Shown piece by piece: positions 38,467 through 45,855 of a DNA stretch of 64,000 nt; the stretch's first letter is position 1, and every line of letters begins with the position of its first letter. The position numbers were made by a program, and so were the translations under genes. Origin of the DNA: Bacteroidota bacterium (GTDB lineage: Bacteria; Bacteroidota; Bacteroidia; Cytophagales; Cyclobacteriaceae). The stretch lies in contig JBCCLV010000005.1 in NCBI GenBank assembly GCA_039026695.1, forward strand, positions 990 to 64,989. Reading direction: 5' to 3'. Below the pieces are notes generated by a model. That model was not told where the DNA came from, ran no database searches, and saw only the letters and a list, made by a program, of their open reading frames with translations.

Positions 38467-38491
38467 GTTAAGCAGCGTTAACGAGTGTTAA
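38467..38491. promoter_or_regulatory. Three GTTAA direct repeats at exact 10-bp spacing (candidate OmpR-family response-regulator site)
   Basis: aGTTAAgcagcGTTAAcgagtGTTAAcc was read directly. The repeats start at 38467, 38477 and 38487, in the divergent region between the GLPGLI operon and the HK/RR operon. Confidence 0.35.
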
Positions 38492-38532
38492 CCAAGAGAG
38501 CAACTGGCTGGAGGGCCATTTATATTTGTATT

Positions 38533-40035
38533 GTGAACAAACACTTCAGCAAACGCATACTAGGACTTATTTGCCTGACTAGTATTCTTGTTCTCAGTAG
38601 TCAGGTCTATCGTACTGTGAGTAACTACGAGCTCAACAAACGCAGATTTGTGAATGAGGTGCAGTCAGCGCTAGATCTTGGCATGGAGCAATACTATGCC
38701 GATAAAGCCAAGAATAATGTCTTGATTTTTGCGTCAAATAGTGCGGATACCTCAATGACCGTGAGCTGGGTGGATAGCTTGCCAACACTGCTAAAGAAAA
38801 AGAAAATAGATAGCATGCTGGGGCTTTCGAATACGATCACCGCCAATCGTGTGAGAGAAATAAGTGTCTTTAACGGTGACAAGGAGATCACTGCTGCCCA
38901 AAAGGAAGAGCGGATTGATTCTGCATTAGATAAGGCAATTAACATGGCTTTTACAAATCTTCCGGGAGATAGCCTGATTGGTGACCTACTTCCCGTTTCC
39001 AGTTTTCAAACCTTACAGAAAAAGGTGATGATCTCCTTTACTGAAGACCTGCTAAAACTTGGGCGGCTATGGTCCCACGTTCAGGAAGAGCTGCAGAGAA
39101 AAGGGCTGGACATTGATTTTCAACTAACACATACCAATGCAAAGGGTGAGATGCAAAGCGTAGGAGACCGAGACAAAGCTTGGGCGCTTTCCACAAACGC
39201 CAAAAGCACTTACCTAAAAAAACGAGAGCAAATCACAATCAACTTTGAGAACGCCTCACTACTGATCTTAAAAAGAGGATTAATTGACCTGATTATCTCG
39301 CTATTACTCATCGGTTCTGTATTAGGGGCACTCATCTACTTATACCAAGTAATATCACAACAAAAGCAGCTTTCGGAAATCAAAAACGATTTAATCAGCA
39401 ATATCACACATGAATTTAAAACACCTATTGCTACGATCTCTTCTGCAATTGAAGGCATCTCATCATTCAATGAAGCAAATGACCAAGAAAAAACAAGAAG
39501 GTACCTTGCCATTTCCGATGGTCAACTCAAAAAATTGAATGGCATGGTGGAAAAGCTGCTAGAAACGGCAACCATCGACTCTGGCTCCATGGATATCAAC
39601 AAGGAAGACACAAACCTTAATGAACTTACGAATCGCATTTACGAAAATTTCAAACTGCTTAACGCTGATAAGACCATTCATCTGAATTTTCCAAACCAGG
39701 AAATATGGAGTGAAGTAGATCCTTTCCATCTGGAAAATGCCATTTCAAATTTGGTTGACAATGCGATTAAGTACGGAGGAAACAAGATTGACCTTATATT
39801 GGATTCACAGAACGGAAAAGTAATCTGGAAAGTAATCGACAATGGAGGCCAGATCGAAAAAGTCCATCGAGACAGAATCTTCGAAAAATTGTACCGTATT
39901 CCCAAGGGAAACCAACACGATGTAAAAGGCTTTGGTATCGGATTGTTTTATTCCAAAGAAGTGATTGAGAAACATAATGGGAGTATCACACTCACTGTGA
40001 AAGATGGAATTACTTGCTTCATGATCAAGTTATGA
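38533..40035 (+). CDS. Sensor histidine kinase (HisKA + HATPase_c)
   Basis: H-box SNITHEFKTPIATI, N-box NLVDNAIKYGG and G-box GFGIGLFYSKEVIEKHNGSI. The ORF opens at GTG 38485. The in-frame GTG at 38533 (MNKHFSKRILGLICL...) avoids the repeat element and starts at the first TM helix. Either start is possible. Confidence 0.85.
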   Translation: MNKHFSKRILGLICLTSILVLSSQVYRTVSNYELNKRRFVNEVQSALDLGMEQYYADKAKNNVLIFASNSADTSMTVSWVDSLPTLLKKKKIDSMLGLSNTITANRVREISVFNGDKEITAAQKEERIDSALDKAINMAFTNLPGDSLIGDLLPVSSFQTLQKKVMISFTEDLLKLGRLWSHVQEELQRKGLDIDFQLTHTNAKGEMQSVGDRDKAWALSTNAKSTYLKKREQITINFENASLLILKRGLIDLIISLLLIGSVLGALIYLYQVISQQKQLSEIKNDLISNITHEFKTPIATISSAIEGISSFNEANDQEKTRRYLAISDGQLKKLNGMVEKLLETATIDSGSMDINKEDTNLNELTNRIYENFKLLNADKTIHLNFPNQEIWSEVDPFHLENAISNLVDNAIKYGGNKIDLILDSQNGKVIWKVIDNGGQIEKVHRDRIFEKLYRIPKGNQHDVKGFGIGLFYSKEVIEKHNGSITLTVKDGITCFMIKL

Positions 40036-40709
40036 AAGAAGGTAAGATTTTACTCGCAGAAGACGAGGCGGCACTAGGGACAATTATCAAAGAAAGTCTG
40101 GAAACGCGAGGGTTTGAGGTGGTCTTCTGTCAAGACGGGGAAGAAGCGAAAAAAGCGTACGAGGAAGAGCGACCTGAGTTGTTGGTCTTGGATGTAATGA
40201 TGCCAAAAAAAGACGGCTTTACGCTGGTAAAAGAGATTAGAAAAAGTGATCCTCATGTCCCTATCATTTTCCTTACTGCAAAGTCCAGGACAGAAGATGT
40301 GGTAGAAGGATTCGGCTATGGAGCCAATGATTATTTGAAAAAGCCATTCAGCATGGAAGAGCTGATTGTGAGGATAAATTCACTATTAAACAGGAAATTC
40401 CTAAAGGAAGAAAAAGGTCCTTTACAGATTGGGCAATATGTTTTTGATCCGGATGCGCAATCGCTACAGCTGAAAAATAAGAAAGAGATTTTGACTCACC
40501 GCGAGGCACAGTTGTTACTGGTTCTTTTTCAGCAGCGCAATGAATTGACTGATCGCCGAGAAATTCTACTGAAGCTATGGGGCAATGATGATTTTTTCAA
40601 CGCTAGAAGTATGGATGTTTTCATATCCAAGCTAAGAAAAAAATTAGCTGAGGATCCGGAAGTTCAGATCCTAAACGTGCGAGGCTATGGATATAAGCTG
40701 GTTTGCTGA
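40032..40709 (+). CDS. Response regulator transcription factor, OmpR/PhoB (winged-helix) family
   Basis: The ATG at 40032 overlaps the HK stop (ATGA). The REC domain reads KILLAEDE...LLVLDVMMPKKDG...LTAK. The C-terminal winged helix reads LTHREAQLL...VRGYGYKL. Confidence 0.9.
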   Translation: MKEGKILLAEDEAALGTIIKESLETRGFEVVFCQDGEEAKKAYEEERPELLVLDVMMPKKDGFTLVKEIRKSDPHVPIIFLTAKSRTEDVVEGFGYGANDYLKKPFSMEELIVRINSLLNRKFLKEEKGPLQIGQYVFDPDAQSLQLKNKKEILTHREAQLLLVLFQQRNELTDRREILLKLWGNDDFFNARSMDVFISKLRKKLAEDPEVQILNVRGYGYKLVC

Positions 40710-40799
40710 GAAGGTTAAATACAAGCACGAATTAGGAATACTCTGAAAACCCCTACCGATTTTAAAATACCGGAATCAGTATCATCATATTTGATTACT

Positions 40800-40942
40800 A
40801 TGAATGAAAAATCATTCATTAATATCAATTTAATTGTCTATTGAATGAAAAATCATACAGTTTATTTATTTATCTTTACAAGATGAGTGAAAATTCATTC
40901 ATTATGTCCATTTTACGAATTCATTGAATGAAAAACCAGACA
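40800..40942. promoter_or_regulatory. Four operator-like inverted repeats (consensus TGAATGA-N4-TCATTCA) upstream of hipB
   Basis: Sites at 40800-40819 (perfect 8+8), 40842-40859, 40884-40901 and 40925-40942. The left half-sites are spaced 41/42/41 bp. The last site overlaps the probable hipB ATG. Confidence 0.5.
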
Positions 40943-41271
40943 TGAATTGGTATGCTATGAGTGATCAATCCCTGATGAAGAACATTGGGAAGTATATAAA
41001 ACAACACCGCCTGGATCAAAATAAATCGCAGGATCAGGTGGCAAACGAAGCAGGCATTAGCCGATCTACACTCAGTCTTTTGGAGAAGGGAGATGCAGGG
41101 ACAGTTACTTCCTTGATACAAGTACTTAGGGTACTAAACCTACTCAATGTCATGGATGCTTTTCAGCTTTCCAATCAAATCAGTCCCCTGGAATTGGCAA
41201 AGTTGGAGCAAGAAAAAAGAAAAAAGGCAAGCGCTAGTCGGTCTACTCCTCAACCTAAAAGTGAATGGTAA
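40942..41271 (+). CDS. hipB: HipB-like antitoxin, XRE-family HTH DNA-binding protein
   Basis: HTH: KSQDQVANEAGISRSTLSLLEKG. It lies immediately upstream of hipA and overlaps it. The basic/disordered C-terminal tail ends in Trp (PKSEW). The ORF opens at 40924, and ATGs at 40942 or 40957 are the more likely starts. Confidence 0.8.
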   Translation: MNWYAMSDQSLMKNIGKYIKQHRLDQNKSQDQVANEAGISRSTLSLLEKGDAGTVTSLIQVLRVLNLLNVMDAFQLSNQISPLELAKLEQEKRKKASASRSTPQPKSEW

Positions 41272-42572
41272 CCACGGCGATCATAAAGATTTGGGGACAA
41301 ATCGTAGGTGCGGTCGCATGGGATGATAATCAGAAGATTGCCAGTTTCGAATACGACCCCTCGTTTGTCAGAAATGGGTGGGAGCTATCGCCCTTGAAAA
41401 TGCCACTTCCAAGCGGCAAACGGGTGTACTCTTTTCCTGAGCTTAGAAAGCGGCAGGATAGCGAGTATGATACTTTCAAAGGGCTGCCTGGTCTGCTGGC
41501 AGATGCTCTGCCGGACAGGTATGGTAATAGACTCATAGACGCATGGCTGGCGCAAAATGGACGTTCTGGCAATAGTATGAATCCTGTGGAACAACTCTGC
41601 TTCATTGGAACGAGGGGGATGGGTGCTTTAGAATTTGAACCAGCACAGTTTAAGCAAGATAAAAGTACCTTCAGATTAGAAGTAGACAGCCTGGTATCCA
41701 TAGCTCGAAAAATGCTGCAGGATAGAGACAGGTTCGCTACAGCTTTGGGTAAGGATGAGGAGCAAGCTGTGAGAGAGATTTTAAAGATAGGTACCTCTGC
41801 CGGTGGGGCACGACCTAAAGCATTGATCGCTTACAATGAAAAAACAGGAGATGTGCGCTCGGGACAAACTAATGCACCTAAAGGATACGAGCACTGGCTC
41901 ATGAAACTAGATAGAGTAAGTGATGCACAATTTGGAGAAAGCTCAGGATGGGGCCGCATAGAGTATGCCTATTACCTGATGGCTAAAGCCTGCGGCATTA
42001 ACATGACACCTTGCCAGCTCTATATAGAAAATGATCGTGCACATTTTATGACCAAGCGATACGATCGAGAAACAGGCAATGTAAAGCACCATGTGCAGAC
42101 CTGGTGCGCCATGGTTCACTATGATTTTAGCGAGGTTACCAGCTTTAGCTACGAACAGCTATTTCAGACCATGAGGGAAATACGGCTTCCATATCCTCAA
42201 GCGGAAGAGATGTTTAGACGTATGGTATTTAATGTAGTGGCTAAAAACTGCGACGATCATACCAAAAACTTTGGATTTAGACTGAAGCAAGGCGGAGGTT
42301 GGGAGCTCACTCCAGCTTATGATGTCTGCTATGCTTATAACCCGAACAATACGTGGGTAAGACAGCATGCGCTGAGTGTAAATGGCAAAAGAATGCATAT
42401 CTCAAAAGCCGACCTGGAAGCAGTGGCTAAATCAATGAACATTAAGAAAGGTAAATCCATCATCGAGCAGGTAAATGCTACGGTAAAGCAATGGCCGAAT
42501 TTTGCTGAGGAGGCTGACGTATCAGCTAGTAAAAGGGATCAGATTAATGAAACACTAGAGACATTTAGATGA
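41265..42572 (+). CDS. hipA: Type II toxin-antitoxin system HipA family serine/threonine kinase toxin
   Basis: 435 aa. The N-terminal coupling domain reads VGAVAWD...SFEYDPSF. The P-loop-like motif is GTSAGGARPKAL and the catalytic loop is NCDDHTKNFGF. The ATG overlaps the hipB stop (ATGGTAA). Confidence 0.9.
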   Translation: MVTTAIIKIWGQIVGAVAWDDNQKIASFEYDPSFVRNGWELSPLKMPLPSGKRVYSFPELRKRQDSEYDTFKGLPGLLADALPDRYGNRLIDAWLAQNGRSGNSMNPVEQLCFIGTRGMGALEFEPAQFKQDKSTFRLEVDSLVSIARKMLQDRDRFATALGKDEEQAVREILKIGTSAGGARPKALIAYNEKTGDVRSGQTNAPKGYEHWLMKLDRVSDAQFGESSGWGRIEYAYYLMAKACGINMTPCQLYIENDRAHFMTKRYDRETGNVKHHVQTWCAMVHYDFSEVTSFSYEQLFQTMREIRLPYPQAEEMFRRMVFNVVAKNCDDHTKNFGFRLKQGGGWELTPAYDVCYAYNPNNTWVRQHALSVNGKRMHISKADLEAVAKSMNIKKGKSIIEQVNATVKQWPNFAEEADVSASKRDQINETLETFR

Positions 42573-42726
42573 GCAAACGCAAGTCGCAAGCCCTACTAGG
42601 TAGCTTTAATTACGCGTTCTCTCTAAAACCTGAATCAATGCTGCTACTTCTTGGATGAAGCCCTAGATGGATTAGATCGCTGCGACGAAACACCCAACTA
42701 CCTTCTGATTATAAGTACCCTCAAAC

Positions 42727-42756
42727 AAAAAAAGAGCAACTCAAAAGTTACTCTTT
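42727..42756 (-). terminator. Rho-independent terminator of tRNA-Thr
   Basis: The minus strand reads AAAGAGTAACT-TTTG-AGTTGCTCTTT followed by TTTTGTTTG. The stem has about 10 bp with one mismatch. It starts 8 nt after the tRNA 3' end. Confidence 0.65.
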
Positions 42757-42763
42757 CACGAGG

Positions 42764-42837
42764 AGCCCCCAGTCGGATTCGAACCAACGACCTACTGATT
42801 ACAAGTCAGTTGCTCTGGCCAGCTGAGCTATGGAGGC
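42764..42837 (-). tRNA. tRNA-Thr (anticodon UGU)
   Basis: Hand-folded 74-nt cloverleaf: acceptor GCCTCCA/TGGGGGC, D arm GCTC-AGCTGGCCA-GAGC, anticodon arm ACTGA-CTTGTAA-TCAGT, variable loop AGGTC, T arm GTTGG-TTCGAAT-CCGAC, discriminator T. CCA is not encoded. Confidence 0.9.
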
Positions 42838-42881
42838 TAATTTTCTAAAACAATATTCCTCTCTTTTGAGGAGATCAATTC

Positions 42882-42932
42882 CAAGTCAGTTGCTCTGGTC
42901 GAAACGTCGAACCACAACTGAGCTATGGAGGC
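42882..42932 (-). pseudogene. Rearranged 5'-half pseudo-copy of tRNA-Thr
   Basis: The copy is identical to the gene over GCCTCCATAGCTCAG and CAGAGCAACTGACTTG. Five D-loop nucleotides are replaced by a 20-nt T-arm-like segment, and there is no matching 3' half. It lies 44 nt upstream of the intact gene on the same strand. Confidence 0.6.
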
Positions 42933-43004
42933 TAAAACGGATCGCAAAAATAGTATTCTGCACTGATTTAGCAAATCAATATTCCAAAGGCGTGATAGCA
43001 ATGT

Positions 43005-45143
43005 TTACAGGGACCGTAGCTGAACGCGAAGTGCTTTCAATTCATTTTCTGCTGCTGAAATCTGCTTCTGCATATCTGCCTTGAGCTTATCAGCGGTAGC
43101 AGAGTTGGCAAAAAACTCAATATTGGTGTTCCAGGTAGAGATGTCATTTTCCAAATTGCTGATCTTTCTTCTGATTTGATTTTCTGCCCTTTGGATTTTT
43201 CGGTCTCCCCCCGGCAGATTTCTTAGCCTGCCAAATTCTATGTGATTGGCTAGTGCAGATCTTTCTTCTTCCTGTAGTGCTTTAGCATCTAGCAATGTTT
43301 GCACTGAAACTTCAAATCGCTTTCTACTCTTCTTTATCGCATTCTTAGGTACGAAACCAATAGCCGTATAATTATCAATAAGCTCGTAAACTTCATCCAG
43401 ATCTATCTCCTCTTTCGCCGCGGCTGCCTCTAGCTGATCGCATATTTGCATCTTGAGATCCAGATTTTCGTCATACTCTTTGAACTTCTCCTTATTTTGA
43501 TCTCTACGTCGGTCAAAAAATGTATCACATGCTTTCTTGAACGCAGCGTAAGTCTCTTTGCTCACTTTATCCGGCACAGGGCCTATTTCCTTCCACTCAG
43601 CCTGAAGTTGCTTAAACTTTTGTGCTGCTGTCTCCCAATCTGTGCTTTCCTTAAGCTCATCTGCTCGCTCAATCAGCGCTTGTTTCTTTTCCAGATTGTC
43701 ATCTCGTTGCCCTTCCAGGGTTTTAAAAAAGCTTCCTTTCTGAGCAAAAAATTTCTTAAAAGCATTCCAGAAAGCCCGATTTACCTCCTTGGCCTGCTCT
43801 CGAGGAACCCCTCCAATTGATTCCCAGCGCTTCTGGATATCCAGGATCTCTTTCGTCTTTGCATTCCATTCTGTAATCCTATCAGAACCGAAGGACAGGT
43901 AGGCTTCAACTTCACTTATGAGCTCCTTTTTCTTTACCAAATTTTCTTTAAACTCTTCCTTGAGCTCCTCATACTCCTCCTTTCGCCTTTGATAAATGGC
44001 ATCAGAGGCTGCTTTAAATCTTTGCCATAGAGGCTCCTGATCGTCTTTTGGTACGGGACCAATATGTTTGTACTCTTCGTGAAGATCGTTTAGGTGGACA
44101 ATGGCAGTCTTTAGTTCTTTTTCAGTGGCTAGGGCTTCAGCTTTCTCACAAAGCTCGAGCTTTTGCTCCATGTTCTTTTTGCGGTCAAGGTCTTTGAGCT
44201 CAAAGTAGATACTCCTCGCATCATAAAATCGATCCAGCAATGCATTGTAGCTAGCCCAAAGGGTTTTAGTATGTGCACCTGGTACTGCTCCTACCTTTTT
44301 CCATGCAGACTGAATTTCCCTTACCTCGTTGATACTTTCTGTTGATTCCTCACCATCTACGATTTCCCTAAGTTGGTCGAGGAGCCTTTCTTTGGTCTTA
44401 AGGTTCTCATCGCGCTGGTTCTGAAGCTCTTTGAAGTGTTTATTTCTTCTCGACTTGAGCTGTCCGAAAAGTGCAATGAACTCTTTATCCTGCTCATCGC
44501 TATGGTAAGCAAAGGCGGCCGCATCGTTTCCTTCCGAAACAAACTTTTGCAGCGCTTCATTTTTCTCTAGCTCAAAAAGCTCATCAAACCTGGGTTTTAG
44601 CGCTCTAAGTATTTTATCAAGCCTCTTAAAATCTTCCTCGTTTCTGACTTCCTTGAGTTTGCTGAGCAGTTCCTTTTTACCCGCATGGTCAAAATCAAAT
44701 TGCTCCTCTTCTTGAGTATCGTCTTCGCTCTTAGCGGCTTCTGCAATTTCTTCTGGAGAATCTGCCACCGTTTCCATTGAAACGGAAACTTGATGCTCAC
44801 TTGCATCATCGCCTTTTTCTTCTTCCACTTTAGGGGTAGCTGGCTCCTTGGTCCCTTTAGAAATTGGCATTTCGGCTGTACTTATTGCACCACTCTCTGA
44901 GTCAGCTTCTGTTTGTGATGGCTTTACATCATCCACTTTCTGTGCGACCACTTTGCTCTGAGGATCACTTTCCTCGTTCGCATCAGCATTTGGTGCAGAC
45001 GCCTCGGCTCCATTCTGGTCCTCTATTTTGGCCTCCTGTGCAGATTTCTTTTCCAATGAAGCTTCATTCAAAGCTTTACTCGATTCAGGTGCAGCCTCGT
45101 CTACTGAACCAGGCATCGACTGCAATTTCTCTCCATTTTCCAT
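43005..45143 (-). CDS. DUF349 domain-containing protein with acidic low-complexity N-terminus
   Basis: 712 aa. It has repeated approximately 75-aa helical modules with the DUF349 signature W..F......F..R (LWQRFKAASDAIYQRRKE, AFWNAFKKFFAQK, AFKKACDTFFDRRRD). The first approximately 170 aa are E/D/S/A-rich. Confidence 0.85.
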   Translation of the reverse strand: MENGEKLQSMPGSVDEAAPESSKALNEASLEKKSAQEAKIEDQNGAEASAPNADANEESDPQSKVVAQKVDDVKPSQTEADSESGAISTAEMPISKGTKEPATPKVEEEKGDDASEHQVSVSMETVADSPEEIAEAAKSEDDTQEEEQFDFDHAGKKELLSKLKEVRNEEDFKRLDKILRALKPRFDELFELEKNEALQKFVSEGNDAAAFAYHSDEQDKEFIALFGQLKSRRNKHFKELQNQRDENLKTKERLLDQLREIVDGEESTESINEVREIQSAWKKVGAVPGAHTKTLWASYNALLDRFYDARSIYFELKDLDRKKNMEQKLELCEKAEALATEKELKTAIVHLNDLHEEYKHIGPVPKDDQEPLWQRFKAASDAIYQRRKEEYEELKEEFKENLVKKKELISEVEAYLSFGSDRITEWNAKTKEILDIQKRWESIGGVPREQAKEVNRAFWNAFKKFFAQKGSFFKTLEGQRDDNLEKKQALIERADELKESTDWETAAQKFKQLQAEWKEIGPVPDKVSKETYAAFKKACDTFFDRRRDQNKEKFKEYDENLDLKMQICDQLEAAAAKEEIDLDEVYELIDNYTAIGFVPKNAIKKSRKRFEVSVQTLLDAKALQEEERSALANHIEFGRLRNLPGGDRKIQRAENQIRRKISNLENDISTWNTNIEFFANSATADKLKADMQKQISAAENELKALRVQLRSL

Positions 45144-45279
45144 GCGATCACATTTCTATTTTACTCAATCAACTTCGACTGTACAAGGCCATCAGTTTTA
45201 CCTAAAAGGCTTGTTTTACCTGCCGAAGGGTTGAGTCATTACACTTATTAATCCGCTCAAACAAAGCTAACCAAATACC

Positions 45280-45855
45280 TTAATTCATCCGTGGGTCCTT
45301 TGGGTAGTTGGACATCAATCGGTACTTGCCGCCCATGGTTTTGAGACACGCTTTCCATAACTGTTGGTTGTCCCATTCGAAAATCATATCTTGTGTAGCT
45401 GATTTCAATACTATCCAGGAGCCAGATTTCATCTCATCCTTCAACTGATCTGGACCCCAACCGGAATAGCCTAAAAAAAAGCGAATATTGGTTTTACTTA
45501 TTGCCAGCGTGTTAAGTAGCTGCATTAGAATGTCATAATCGCCACCCCATGAAATGTCATTCAGAACCGACTTAGCTCCGGGTATCAGGTTGTGCTCACG
45601 GTGGATGAAGTGAAGTGTATCCTGCTGCACCGGACCTCCGACAAATAATCCATAATCGCTACTTACTTCGTCAATTACGTCACTTAGAACTATCTGTGCT
45701 GGCTTATTTAGTACAAAACCAAAAGTACCATTCTCGTCATGCTCACATAAGTACACCACTGTACGCTCAAAATTTGGATCGGGCAGATACGGCTCGGAAA
45801 TGAGCAGATCTCCCCTCTCCGGCATAGCTGATTTATCAGTACCGAAATAGTCCAT
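45280..45855 (-). CDS. YqgE/AlgH family protein (UPF0301)
   Basis: 191 aa. The family N-terminal block reads GDLLISEPYLPDPNFERTVVYLCEHDENGTFGFVLNKP. The start overlaps the miaE stop by 1 nt (TGATG). Confidence 0.85.
   Translation of the reverse strand: MDYFGTDKSAMPERGDLLISEPYLPDPNFERTVVYLCEHDENGTFGFVLNKPAQIVLSDVIDEVSSDYGLFVGGPVQQDTLHFIHREHNLIPGAKSVLNDISWGGDYDILMQLLNTLAISKTNIRFFLGYSGWGPDQLKDEMKSGSWIVLKSATQDMIFEWDNQQLWKACLKTMGGKYRLMSNYPKDPRMN

Noticed and set aside
40746-40763. Possible distal att-like repeat: AAAACCCCTACCGATTTT resembles the tRNA 3' end AGCCCCCAGTCGGATT. It would delimit a hipBA islet.
   Set aside because: The match is patchy, needs gaps, and involves only about 12-13 positions. 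There is no integrase. I cannot distinguish it from chance by eye. A proper local alignment with shuffled controls would be needed.
42651-43084. ORFs 42651..42848 and 42830..43084 on the plus strand.
   Set aside because: They run across the tRNA-Thr gene, its terminator, the tRNA pseudo-copy and the 3' end of the DUF349 gene. The translated tRNA sequence explains the open frames.
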